Made by a program: the position numbers and the translations under genes
From: an uncultured Mageeibacillus sp.
Lineage (GTDB): Bacteria; Bacillota; Clostridia; Saccharofermentanales; Saccharofermentanaceae
DNA length: 64,000 nucleotides
Reading direction: 5' to 3'
Assembly: GCA_964617375.1 (NCBI GenBank)
Contig: CAZTXQ010000004.1
Span: 34,546-98,545 of the forward strand
In this document: piece by piece, positions 1 through 9,327 of the stretch
How the letters are laid out: each line of letters begins with the position of its first letter
Position numbering within the stretch: position 1 is the first letter of the stretch
Notes under the pieces: model-generated
What the model saw: only the letters and a program-made list of their open reading frames with translations
Told to the model about the DNA's origin: nothing
The model's database searches: none

Positions 1-65
1 AGGGCTCCGGGGCCAAGCTTGGCCGTGCATCCTCCGCCCTTGCAAAAGACAATTTTCTCCGGCAT
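1..65 (-). CDS. 5' end of a PurM-superfamily / selenophosphate-synthetase (SelD)-like gene that runs off the left edge
   Basis: The reverse complement of 1-65 reads ATG CCG GAG AAA ATT GTC TTT TGC AAG GGC GGA GGA TGC ACG GCC AAG CTT GGC CCC GGA GCC, which is MPEKIVFCKGGGCTAKLGPGA. The Gly-rich C-x-x-K N-terminus resembles the SelD GxGCxCK motif. Only 21 codons are visible. Confidence 0.3.
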   Translation of the reverse strand, partial: MPEKIVFCKGGGCTAKLGPGA

Positions 66-216
66 TTCTGCGCTTCGCCTCCCTCACACATTTTTCCCTT
101 TGATTATAATCGATTCTGTACGCGCGGGCTTAAGAATTCATAATTCTTCTCCGGGAAAAATCCGGCGGTGTTTTGTCGTGATATAATTATTTATATTGTA
201 AAGATCGGGGGACGCT

Positions 217-1152
217 ATGCGGGATTCATTCGGGCGCGACATCGACTACTTAAGGATTTCCGTAACGGACAGGTGCAATTACCGCTGTCTGTATTGCATG
301 CCCGGCGAGTGTACTTCGAAATCGGAACGGGAATTAATGCCCGCCGAAGAATATATTCGGATCGCCGGGGCAGCTGTACGTCTCGGTATACGAAAAATCC
401 GGATCACAGGCGGAGAACCGCTGGTGCGAAGTGATCTCCTTACCATATGCCGCGGGATCTCCGCTATCCCGGAACTTCGGGAATTGTGTCTTACGACAAA
501 CGGTATGCTGCTGCCCGAAATGGCACAGGATTTGAAGGCCGCCGGCGTATCCCGGCTTAATATCAGCATTAACTCAATGAACCCCGCCAATTATGCCAAG
601 ATCACCTCCTCCGACACGCTCGAACGTGTCACGGCCGGCATCCGTGCAGCGGAAGAAGCCGGGTTCACCGGTACAAAGATTAATGTGGTCCTGATCAAGG
701 ACATGAACGACGGAGAAATTCCCGCCTTTGTCGAGCTGACGAAGGAAAAGCCGATCACCGTTCGCTTTATTGAACTGATGCCGATGGGTCTCCTGAAAGA
801 CTGGGCCGTGAGACATTATATCTCCGCGGATAAAGTTCTCGAAGCCTGTCCGGAACTCGTTCCGGAAGAGGGCGCCGGTGTAGCCCGGCTGTACCGTATC
901 CCCGGATATATGGGCAGGGTCGGGCTTATACGTCCCTTGAGCCGGAATTTCTGCAGCAAATGCAGCCGTATCCGTCTTACGGCCGACGGCATGCTGAAGC
1001 CTTGCCTTCATTCGGACCGTGAGATTTCTGTGCGCGGCCTTTCGGACGGCGAACTGTCCCGCGCGATCCAAGAAGCTATACTCGTAAAACCCCCGCACAG
1101 CCGTATGGACGGGACTTTTTGCGGACGCACGATGAATGAGATCGGAGGATAA
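217..1152 (+). CDS. moaA: GTP 3',8-cyclase (radical-SAM MoaA)
   Basis: The N-terminus carries the CNYRCLYC radical-SAM CxxxCxxC cluster motif. The C-terminus has [13 protein letters not shown], which fits the second cluster. It is the first gene of a Moco operon. Confidence 0.9.
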   Translation: MRDSFGRDIDYLRISVTDRCNYRCLYCMPGECTSKSERELMPAEEYIRIAGAAVRLGIRKIRITGGEPLVRSDLLTICRGISAIPELRELCLTTNGMLLPEMAQDLKAAGVSRLNISINSMNPANYAKITSSDTLERVTAGIRAAEEAGFTGTKINVVLIKDMNDGEIPAFVELTKEKPITVRFIELMPMGLLKDWAVRHYISADKVLEACPELVPEEGAGVARLYRIPGYMGRVGLIRPLSRNFCSKCSRIRLTADGMLKPCLHSDREISVRGLSDGELSRAIQEAILVKPPHSRMDGTFCGRTMNEIGG

Positions 1153-1154
1153 CG

Positions 1155-1634
1155 ATGGAACTTACTCATTTTAACGAATTCGGCCACGCGAAAATGGTCG
1201 ACGTCACCGGTAAGGAACCGACATTCCGGACGGCAGTCGCCGCGGGGTTTGTCGCGATGACACCCGAAACCTTAGCCCTCATTACCGGGGGGCATGTCAG
1301 GAAAGGCGACGTCTTGAGTGTTGCTCAAGTCGCCGGAATCATGGCCGCCAAAAAGACTTCCGAGCTTATCCCGATGTGTCATCCGGTCGCCGTCACGGGA
1401 GCCGATATCGTTTTCCGGACATCCGATGAACCCTGCGGCATAGAGATCGAAGCGACAGTCAGCTGCAAGGGCGAAACCGGTGTGGAAATGGAAGCTCTGA
1501 CCGCCGTTTCCGTCGCTGCCCTCACGATCTATGACATGTGCAAGGCCGTCGAACGCGGAATTCATATCGGTGATATACGCCTTCTCTCCAAATCCGGCGG
1601 GAAAAGCGGCGACTACCGTGCGGAGGGAATGTAA
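1155..1634 (+). CDS. moaC: cyclic pyranopterin monophosphate synthase MoaC
   Basis: 159 aa with the MoaC-typical IPMCHP and [18 protein letters not shown] segments. It starts 3 nt after the moaA stop. Confidence 0.9.
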   Translation: MELTHFNEFGHAKMVDVTGKEPTFRTAVAAGFVAMTPETLALITGGHVRKGDVLSVAQVAGIMAAKKTSELIPMCHPVAVTGADIVFRTSDEPCGIEIEATVSCKGETGVEMEALTAVSVAALTIYDMCKAVERGIHIGDIRLLSKSGGKSGDYRAEGM

Positions 1635-2084
1635 ATGCCGGAAGTAATCAGCGTCAATATCAGCGAAAAAAGAGGCACACAAAAACACGAAGTCCCGGAA
1701 ATCCGGCTGGTCGCAAATTACGGTATCTCCGGCGATGCGCATGCCGGAGACTGGCACCGGCAAGTAAGTCTTCTTGCGGATGAAAGCATCGATCAGATGC
1801 GAAAAGATCATGTATCCGGTCTCGTATCCGGAGCATTCGCCGAAAACATGATTACCCGCGGCATAGACGTAAAGAATCTCCCCCTCAAGACCAGACTTCG
1901 CATAGGAGCGGCCTTGCTTGAAATCACGCAGATCGGCAAGGAATGTCATAACGACTGCGAAATACGCCGTGCTGCGGGCCGCTGTGTCATGCCGACCGAC
2001 GGTGTTTTCGCGAGGGTTTTGGAAGGCGGTCTCGTCAAACCCGGAGACAGTATCACAATCGAACAGGAAACAGCCGGAGGATAG
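1635..2084 (+). CDS. MOSC domain protein
   Basis: 149 aa. The ATG directly abuts the moaC stop (taaATG). The GISGDAHAG...RQVSLL pattern is typical of small MOSC proteins found in Moco operons. Confidence 0.7.
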   Translation: MPEVISVNISEKRGTQKHEVPEIRLVANYGISGDAHAGDWHRQVSLLADESIDQMRKDHVSGLVSGAFAENMITRGIDVKNLPLKTRLRIGAALLEITQIGKECHNDCEIRRAAGRCVMPTDGVFARVLEGGLVKPGDSITIEQETAGG

Positions 2085-2088
2085 CAGT

Positions 2089-3108
2089 ATGAAAATGATT
2101 GATGTAAGAGACGCGGTCGGACAGGTGATCTGTCACGATATGACGCGCATCACAGAAAGAATAGAAAGAGACGTCCCGTTCCGCAAAGGGCACATCATAC
2201 GGGAAGAAGATATACCGGTACTTCTCGCAATGGGGAAAGAACACATCTACGTGTGGGAGCTGCACGAAGGATTTCTTCACGAAAACGATGCCGCCATGCT
2301 TCTTTACAAAATCACGGCCAATAGCGGCATGTCGGCATCTGAAGTCAAGGAAGGAAAAATCGAGCTCTTTGCTGAGCATGACGGCCTCTTCCTGTCGGAT
2401 ACCGGGCGTCTTCGGGACATCAATTCGATCGATGACATCTGTATTGCCGCACGGCACAATCATTCGGCAGTCAGGAAGGGCGACAAACTCGCCGGAATGC
2501 GGGTAATCCCGCTCGTAGTCAACGAATCGCACCTGACCCTGGCCGAGACAATCGCGGGCGGCGAACCGCTTTTTCAGCTCCTCCCCTATCGCCTTCATAA
2601 AGCAGGCGTCATTACGACGGGAAGCGAAGTGTTGTCCGGGCGCATCACCGATTCCTTTACGCCCGTACTCGTAAAGAAACTCAACGAATACGGTATCGAA
2701 ATGTCGGAGCATATCACGGTCGGCGACAAGATGGAGGATATCCTCGCAGCCATCGAAAAAATGCGCGCTTCGGACGTACAAATGATTCTTCTGACCGGCG
2801 GAATGAGCGTTGATCCCGACGATATGACGCCGGGCGCGATCAGGAAGAGCGGCGCTCGGATCGTCACCTACGGCGCACCGGTTTTTCCGGGCGCGATGCT
2901 TCTCGTTGGATACTACCCCGAAGGAACTCCCGTCCTGGGTCTTCCCGGCTGCGTAATGTATGCCAAAGCCACGGTTTTTGATCTGATTTTACCCAGAGTC
3001 GCCGCCGGTGAAGCCGTTTCAAAATCCGACATCGTCTCACTTGGAGACGGCGGACTCTGTCTCGGCTGCGATCCGTGTCATTATCCGATATGCCCTTTCG
3101 GCCGCTAA
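2089..3108 (+). CDS. molybdopterin-binding (MoeA/MoCF_BD-like) protein
   Basis: I chose the internal ATG at 2089 (MKMIDVRD...) because the longer ORF from 1918 overlaps the MOSC gene. The C-terminal half (ILLTGGMSVDPDD) resembles the MoCF-binding fold. It sits inside the Moco operon. Confidence 0.6.
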   Translation: MKMIDVRDAVGQVICHDMTRITERIERDVPFRKGHIIREEDIPVLLAMGKEHIYVWELHEGFLHENDAAMLLYKITANSGMSASEVKEGKIELFAEHDGLFLSDTGRLRDINSIDDICIAARHNHSAVRKGDKLAGMRVIPLVVNESHLTLAETIAGGEPLFQLLPYRLHKAGVITTGSEVLSGRITDSFTPVLVKKLNEYGIEMSEHITVGDKMEDILAAIEKMRASDVQMILLTGGMSVDPDDMTPGAIRKSGARIVTYGAPVFPGAMLLVGYYPEGTPVLGLPGCVMYAKATVFDLILPRVAAGEAVSKSDIVSLGDGGLCLGCDPCHYPICPFGR

Positions 3109-3185
3109 GGCCGCAAATAGCAAGACGACAGAATCCGAATGTGAATCCGCCCGCGTGAAAACGCCCTTTGAAAGGAGCTCCCGAT

Positions 3186-3683
3186 ATGTTTACAGCAGCT
3201 GTCATCACCGTAAGCGACCGAAGTTTTCGCGGGGAAAGAACCGACGGTTCCGGCCCGCAAGTCGCTTCAATCTTAAGGAATGCGGGATTTGATGTAACAA
3301 TCACCGATACGGTCCCCGACGAGATAGCGCTTATCTCTGCGGCGATTATCCATGCGGCCGACGATCTCGACACAGCGCTGATCGTAACGACGGGAGGCAC
3401 GGGTCTGGCCCCTCGGGATGTCACGCCCGAGGCGACTCTGGCTGTCTGCGAACGACTTGTACCGGGAATTCCGGAGGTCATGCGCATGAGAGGACTTGCC
3501 CACACCGAACGCGCAATGCTGTCGCGCGGAGTTGCCGGAATCCGGAAATGTTCCCTGGTTATCAATTTGCCCGGAAGTCCCAAAGCTGCGTCCGAGAACC
3601 TGGAAGCAGTCGCGGATGCTCTTGAACACGCGCTCCTGATGCTGCGCAAAGAACCCTCGGATTGTGCGTCTCTTGCTCCGTAA
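3186..3683 (+). CDS. MogA/MoaB-family molybdopterin adenylyltransferase
   Basis: The RBS gaaaggag lies 6 nt upstream of the ATG at 3186. The protein has ITVSDR and TTGGTGLAPRD MoaB/Mog signatures. Confidence 0.85.
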   Translation: MFTAAVITVSDRSFRGERTDGSGPQVASILRNAGFDVTITDTVPDEIALISAAIIHAADDLDTALIVTTGGTGLAPRDVTPEATLAVCERLVPGIPEVMRMRGLAHTERAMLSRGVAGIRKCSLVINLPGSPKAASENLEAVADALEHALLMLRKEPSDCASLAP

Positions 3684-3849
3684 TAACGGATACCGGGAAA
3701 TTTCTCGTCACTTCGGGGTCCCGTGATAGTCGATTTTCTGGTATAATAGTAATACACCTTGCGCTAATTCAAAGCAGTTGCGACTTGAGGCATGCGCCTC
3801 AAGCATCAATGTGCCCGTGTTCTTTGCTCAAAGAGAGAGGATTCTTTTC

Positions 3850-4371
3850 ATGTCATCTTCCGTATTTCACATCAATGATTATATGATCTATGGCGGCAGC
3901 GGGGTCTGCGTTGTAGAGGATATTTGTGTCCCCGAGATCAAGGGACTCGACCCCACCAAAGAATACTATATTTTAAGGCCGATTTACGATAACGGCGGAA
4001 CAATCTTTTCCCCGGTCGACAACACCAGAAATGTCATGAGACGCCTGATCACCAAGGACGAAGTTACGAATCTTTGGGAGAAGCTTGCCGCGACTTCCAT
4101 CCTTTGGAACGCCACCGAGAAGATTCAGGAGAATGATTTTCTTAACGTCATCCGCACATACGACCCATTTGACTGGGCCTGTATTATTAAGACGCTTCAT
4201 GAGCGTGTCGAGACCAGGACCCGTCAGAAGAAGTCCATCGGCGAGACCGATAAGCGCTTCCTTCGCATGACCGAGGACCTCCTGTACGGAGAGCTCGCCA
4301 TCGCACTCGACATTCCCAAGGATCAGGTCGGAACCTATTTTTCGGAGAGGCTGCGCGAAGGTACGGTATAA
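3850..4371 (+). CDS. CarD/CdnL/TRCF-domain transcriptional regulator
   Basis: The internal start gives MSSSVFHINDYMIYGGSGVCVVEDI, a CarD_CdnL_TRCF-like N-terminal barrel, followed by a helical C-terminal domain. Confidence 0.65.
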   Translation: MSSSVFHINDYMIYGGSGVCVVEDICVPEIKGLDPTKEYYILRPIYDNGGTIFSPVDNTRNVMRRLITKDEVTNLWEKLAATSILWNATEKIQENDFLNVIRTYDPFDWACIIKTLHERVETRTRQKKSIGETDKRFLRMTEDLLYGELAIALDIPKDQVGTYFSERLREGTV

Positions 4372-5013
4372 AGATTGAACTTGATGCTGAACGGCCTGAG
4401 AATTTCCGGGTCGAATGGGACGGTCAGTATGACATTTTTTCTTATCTGGAATTTGCCTGTTCGGTACCGTCACCGATGTTTCTCGTCACTACGCGAAAAG
4501 AAAACGGACTCCCTAATGCCGCGATGCAGGCATGGAGCTGCTTCGGCGGCGATTCCGGCGGTTACTTCGCGGTGATGCAGGGCGTCATGCAGCGTACGCA
4601 CACATATACGAATATTCTGCGCGAAAAGGAATTCTGCATCAACTTTCTCGCGCCGCAATACTACGATAATTGCAGGGAAACCGTTTTTAAGAACGACAAC
4701 CAAGCCGACGAAATTGCAATTGGCGGCATGACCGCCGAACCTTCATCGGCAATTGGCGCACCGCGCATCCGCGAAGCATTCCTTACCATGGAATGTACGC
4801 TCGAATCCCATACCGACCTCTCCGGAGCCGGCATCAATTCGATGATTGTCGGTCGCGTCCGTCATGTCTCGGTCGACAGCAATCACGGCAGTATCGCGAA
4901 CATCTGCAGCCCGAACGCCTTCATGTACAACGTTCACTCCCCCAAAGGATGCGCAAACCGGACTCGGAGAGACATCGGCCGTCGCCGCACTTTCCTTTTT
5001 ACGGGAAGGGTAA
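4368..5013 (+). pseudogene. flavin reductase-like (FMN-binding split-barrel) gene, apparently disrupted by an ATA at the start position and a 1-nt frameshift near the 3' end
   Basis: The frame of ORF 4476..5105 stays open upstream and reads (ATA)KIELDAERPENFRVEWDGQYDIFSYLEFACSVPSPMFLVTTRKENG. GAAGG lies 6 nt before the ATA at 4368, and there is no ATG, GTG or TTG there. After ...NVHSPK (about 4946) the listed frame turns Arg-rich and would run into the convergent gene. The +1 frame reads DAQTGLGETSAVAALSFLREG and stops at 5011-5013. Confidence 0.45.
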
Positions 5014-5033
5014 ACCGCTTTTCCGTTCAGGCT

Positions 5034-5474
5034 TTACGTGCGTTCCTCAATCATGGTTTCCGCCAGAATCACGGCATCCGAAACCATTTTGGGACAAACG
5101 GATGAAAACAATCCCTTGCTTTTCAGAATTTCCAAATCTTCCGGCACCGAGAGATTATATCCAAGAAGCTCGCGGCATAGAATCGAGCCGTTCTTCCCGA
5201 TAAACCGGCGCTCAAACTCGAGTGCCAGCGCATTGGACCTTGCTTTCGCGTCCGGGTCGTCCGGAGCATCATAACCGCAGTACAGACCGATCGCCATAAG
5301 TGCGCCCGTTACCGCTCCGCGCACCTCGCCGCATCTCATTCCGCCGCCGAAGCATGACGCGATACGAAACGCCTGATTCCGGTCGAGACCGGTATCCTCT
5401 GTCAGCGCAGCGAATGCGGACTGTGCACAGTTCATCCCGCTGTTGAACATTTGGACGGCTTCATTTTCGCGCAT
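5034..5474 (-). CDS. C_GCAxxG_C_C family protein
   Basis: 146 aa with FNSGMNCAQS, a ...CGEVRGAVTGALMAIG core and a C-terminal Cys. This is the family's typical layout. Confidence 0.7.
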   Translation of the reverse strand: MRENEAVQMFNSGMNCAQSAFAALTEDTGLDRNQAFRIASCFGGGMRCGEVRGAVTGALMAIGLYCGYDAPDDPDAKARSNALALEFERRFIGKNGSILCRELLGYNLSVPEDLEILKSKGLFSSVCPKMVSDAVILAETMIEERT

Positions 5475-5523
5475 ATAAATTACCTCGCTTGTTATTTTTT
5501 ATTATTCTACATGATTTTGAATC

Positions 5524-5907
5524 TCACGGCGTATCCGGCCGGTTCTTCTCCCTGTATTTTTCGATCTGATCCCGGTCTTCGATTTCCAGTTCTTTTGTGC
5601 CGCCCATAGACTCCAGGTGGTGGCGGAATTCATGCTTTAAGGTGTGTACAATCCGTTCCCGGAGAAGATTCTCATCGAGATTCCCGTACGTTCGTATAAA
5701 ACTGCCGTAGTATATGGCGATATTCCGTCCCATAACAGAATCATAGTGATACTCACCAAGAATATAGAGATCGCCATGTACGGCCTCAGGATGTATTTTC
5801 CATTCCGGAAGCAGCCGGATACCGCCATTTAAATCGTCAAAAAAGTCGGGCGGCATTTCGTCTGCCGCCTCGCTTAAGATTCTATTAAACTCGGCGAGGG
5901 AAATCAT
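5524..5907 (-). CDS. zincin-like metallopeptidase-fold protein (DUF1025-like)
   Basis: 127 aa with an HEFRHH (HExxH-type) motif near the C-terminus. It overlaps the upstream HD-GYP gene by 23 nt. Confidence 0.55.
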   Translation of the reverse strand: MISLAEFNRILSEAADEMPPDFFDDLNGGIRLLPEWKIHPEAVHGDLYILGEYHYDSVMGRNIAIYYGSFIRTYGNLDENLLRERIVHTLKHEFRHHLESMGGTKELEIEDRDQIEKYREKNRPDTP

Positions 5908-7453
5908 ACGACTCGGAGCTCTCTTTCGTAAAATCGATCGGGGGTACGGTATTATCCAGACTCTCCATCTCTTTCATGATCGTATCCATCTGATCGACGA
6001 CCACCCGTATAAATATCTCGACCACTTCCTGGTCAAACTGAACTCCGGCACCGCGAATTAACTGCTCACGGGCATGGGATATGTCCAGCTTCGAACGGTA
6101 TCGGCGATTGGATGTCATTGCGTCAAACGCGTCCGAAACGGACAGGATTTTCGCGAGAAACGGAATCTGGTCTCCCTTGATGCCTTCGGGATATCCGGTG
6201 CCGTTCACCCATTCATGATGATAAAGGACAAGCGGAACCACCCCCGTGAACATAGAGAGCGCCGACAGTATATGGGCGCCTTTCAGGGGATGCTTTTTGA
6301 TGATATCGTACTCATCCGAAGTAAGCTTCACACTCTTCTTCAGTATATCGTCGGCCGTTCCGATTTTTCCGATATCGTGGAAGATACCGGCCGTTCTCAG
6401 CAATTCCAGTTCATCCTCGGTCAAGCCAATGGCCTCTCCGACCTTTTGCGAAAAGAAAGCGACCCGGTCTGAGTGTCCGCAGGTATATTCGTCCTTCGCG
6501 TCAACCGTCAGGCGCAGCGCCTCGATGGTATCGACGTACGTCTTCTTCAGATCCGAATAGGTTCTTAACAGCTCCTCGTTCTTCGTGTTTACCAGCGAAT
6601 GCAGGAAGGCGTTGTTCAGAGCGGAAGCCGCCTGATTCGCATAGATCTCCAGAAGCTTAAGCTCGGATTCGAACTCCGTGCTCTCGATATAAATCACACC
6701 CAGAGTCTGCTTGTATTCATTGATCAGCGGGAAAATAACGCCTGTTTCCAGCTTCTCGATTTTCCGGTTCGTACGGGCATATCCGATCTTCTCCATCAGT
6801 TCCGGATCGAGAAGCGGTACAAAGTCCTCGATGCTTGTGTTGTAAATGCCGATGCCCTTGAAAATACTCTTGTGATTGTTGTCGAGGCTTTCCGTACCGT
6901 CAACAAGAATGAATGCGTTTTTGCTGTTTACAAATCGCATGACCTCGATCAGTATGCCTTCGAGAATACTGCCGATTGGCTGAAGCTGATAGATCTTCGG
7001 TACTGCTTCAAGAATCTTGTTAAGACCGTCCTGAAAGCGCTTAATCGTACGGACCTGCATAATGGATTTAATGGCTGACTCGACAAGAAGAATAAGCTGA
7101 TCAAATTTGTCGCTCTTCTCACAGTATCCCTGGATTTCAAGTGCCCGGATTGTTTCAAGAGGCGGAGCCATATCTTTATATCCTGTGAGAAGCAGGATAT
7201 AGAGTTCCTGATTGAATTCCCGGATTTTGGCGACCACTTTATCACCGTTGATCGGTTCCATCATGAAATCCAGGATAAGAAGATCGTAATGCTCCGCACG
7301 AATCAACTCGATGGCATCGAGTGGCGAAGTTATTCCCTTAACATAATACCCGCTGCGGCCCAATACGACCGACAATGAATCGATAATCCCTGTCTCGTCA
7401 TCCAGGACAAGAATCTTGTATTGGGACAGTGTCTCCGGTTTCTTCCTTCTCAT
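5885..7453 (-). CDS. response regulator with REC, central GAF-like and HD-GYP (c-di-GMP phosphodiesterase) domains
   Basis: The N-terminal REC domain reads ILVLDDE...DLLILDFMMP-like...K. The C-terminal domain has HDIGKIG and HHEWVNGTGYP motifs. Confidence 0.85.
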   Translation of the reverse strand: MRRKKPETLSQYKILVLDDETGIIDSLSVVLGRSGYYVKGITSPLDAIELIRAEHYDLLILDFMMEPINGDKVVAKIREFNQELYILLLTGYKDMAPPLETIRALEIQGYCEKSDKFDQLILLVESAIKSIMQVRTIKRFQDGLNKILEAVPKIYQLQPIGSILEGILIEVMRFVNSKNAFILVDGTESLDNNHKSIFKGIGIYNTSIEDFVPLLDPELMEKIGYARTNRKIEKLETGVIFPLINEYKQTLGVIYIESTEFESELKLLEIYANQAASALNNAFLHSLVNTKNEELLRTYSDLKKTYVDTIEALRLTVDAKDEYTCGHSDRVAFFSQKVGEAIGLTEDELELLRTAGIFHDIGKIGTADDILKKSVKLTSDEYDIIKKHPLKGAHILSALSMFTGVVPLVLYHHEWVNGTGYPEGIKGDQIPFLAKILSVSDAFDAMTSNRRYRSKLDISHAREQLIRGAGVQFDQEVVEIFIRVVVDQMDTIMKEMESLDNTVPPIDFTKESSESYDFPRRV

Positions 7454-7471
7454 TGATGTCCTCCCGCAAAT

Positions 7472-9283
7472 TTATGCAAACGGAATTAATATATAAAACG
7501 TCGTACCCGAACCTTCCACCGATTCAAACCACATGTCTCCGCCAAACTTACCTACGATATTCGAATACGACATATAAAGTCCAAGTCCTGTGCCCTGTTT
7601 CGCTTTCGTCGTAATCATTTCTTTAAACAATTTCTGTTTTACTTCATCCTTCATGCCACATCCGTAATCACGAACCGACAGCAATAACTTACCCTTGTCA
7701 TTGGTCAGAATCAGATCAACAGTCCCCTCCTTGCCTTCATACGCATCGATGGCATTGTTGATCAAATTATTCACAATTTGGACAAGACTGTTCACTTCCC
7801 CCTTTATCATAGTCGATTTTTCCATTTCACAAACTACATTTAGTTTACAACCATATTTTTTTAGTTCGTGATTCATCAAAATATCGATTCTTTTTAAGAG
7901 TTCATTGATTTCAAACTGATCGGTAGTCGTTGCCGTCAGCTGTACGGCCTGCCCCTTAACCGTAGAGATAATGTCCGACATATAAGCGCAGTACTGATTG
8001 ATTTTCTCGGTCCATCCGCGCATTTCCCGCGTAATTTCATGATAATCCTCTCTGTCAACCTGCGGGTCATCTACGGAGTCATCTATCTCCCTGATCAAAT
8101 CCATAAGACCTTCGACGGCACCGGAGACCGACATAATCGGAGTTTTCAGGTTATGCGCAATTCCTCCGACCATTTGTCCCAGACTTGCCAGATGCTCCCT
8201 CTCGATCAGTTGCGTCTGCGTATGTTTGACTAATTCAAAAGACTTCTTCAGATCGGTTATATCCTTAATAAGTATAATCATTCCGTCATATCTTTTGTCT
8301 TTAATGATCGGTGTTATTTCAATAGAAAAGATAACGTCGATATCCTTATACTGCATCTCTTCTTCGCAGAACGCGGATTTCTTATCCATCCCGGCCTGAA
8401 TGAACGCTGTTTTTAATGGTTCAAGCCGGTCCGGCGCATACTTTTCTATCTGTTCGATAAAAGTCCAGATTCCGGTTTTTCGTTTGATGTCGACAAATCC
8501 GGAAAAATGGGTGATAAACGCCTTATTGTAATCCACAATGCTGTGATCGCTGTTCAGAACGAGATAACTGTCAGAAATGTGGTCGACAATCGTTTGGACC
8601 GCAATAGGGAGTACATTCAGAAAGTCGTATTTTATAATGGCAAGGGCAAAGCAGATTGCAGCAACCGTAAAGGAAATGGGTTCAAAGTACATGGAAAAGG
8701 TGGCAATCTTCGTCACAAAGGCGAGATCCACCGTGAGTGGAACGACGATCCCGATCGCTATCAGAACGGACTGTCTGGAAAAGAAACCCGCATTCTTAAT
8801 CGAAAAGAAAATCAGATAGAACAAACCGATCAGTATGAGCGGATATGCATAAAGAGACTGAAGATTGTGAAGCGGCCCGCTTAGCAATTCACTGTTGATC
8901 AGCGAATAATTTTTGAAATACAACCGATGATAGTCGTTGGTCCAGATGGCCGCCATGTTGAGGATCGGGAAAATGAGTGTCAGATAATTCAGTCGATTGA
9001 TCTTTTCGCCGGCCGAAAACGATCGACCCAGAAGATATACAAACACGGAGACAAATCCGACCGCCGAGAAATAAACATTGGTAAAAAACATGCCCTCGTA
9101 GTGAAACAGAGAAACGGCATACGATTCCGTCAGCATACCCGTGCACCAGCTGAAGATGCTTGCGATCAGCGCGATCGAAATGATATGAATCTCTCTTTTC
9201 CGGTGCATTCCGACAATCATGAAAAGTGTAATTCCGGTTGTCAAAGCCGAAATATGCAGCAGAACAAATGCCAAATCCTCCAT
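7472..9283 (-). CDS. sensor histidine kinase with an N-terminal 7TM module, a PAS-like domain, an H-box and an HATPase_c domain
   Basis: About seven hydrophobic helices fill the first roughly 220 aa. The H-box is GGIAHNLKTPI. The ATPase N/G boxes are NLINNAIDA, RDYGCGM and GTGLGL. Confidence 0.85.
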   Translation of the reverse strand: MEDLAFVLLHISALTTGITLFMIVGMHRKREIHIISIALIASIFSWCTGMLTESYAVSLFHYEGMFFTNVYFSAVGFVSVFVYLLGRSFSAGEKINRLNYLTLIFPILNMAAIWTNDYHRLYFKNYSLINSELLSGPLHNLQSLYAYPLILIGLFYLIFFSIKNAGFFSRQSVLIAIGIVVPLTVDLAFVTKIATFSMYFEPISFTVAAICFALAIIKYDFLNVLPIAVQTIVDHISDSYLVLNSDHSIVDYNKAFITHFSGFVDIKRKTGIWTFIEQIEKYAPDRLEPLKTAFIQAGMDKKSAFCEEEMQYKDIDVIFSIEITPIIKDKRYDGMIILIKDITDLKKSFELVKHTQTQLIEREHLASLGQMVGGIAHNLKTPIMSVSGAVEGLMDLIREIDDSVDDPQVDREDYHEITREMRGWTEKINQYCAYMSDIISTVKGQAVQLTATTTDQFEINELLKRIDILMNHELKKYGCKLNVVCEMEKSTMIKGEVNSLVQIVNNLINNAIDAYEGKEGTVDLILTNDKGKLLLSVRDYGCGMKDEVKQKLFKEMITTKAKQGTGLGLYMSYSNIVGKFGGDMWFESVEGSGTTFYILIPFA

Positions 9284-9327
9284 TTAAGGGCCTCCTCCCG
9301 AGCTGATTGTCCCTTTGCGGGACCGGT

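Noticed and set aside
1-216. A possible Moco riboswitch upstream of moaA (CUCCGGGGCC...GGCCGUGCAUCCUCC).
   Set aside because: Bases 1-65 read cleanly as the start of a minus-strand gene (MPEKIVFCKGGGCTAKLGPGA). The remaining 66-216 lack the conserved Moco-motif blocks as I remember them.
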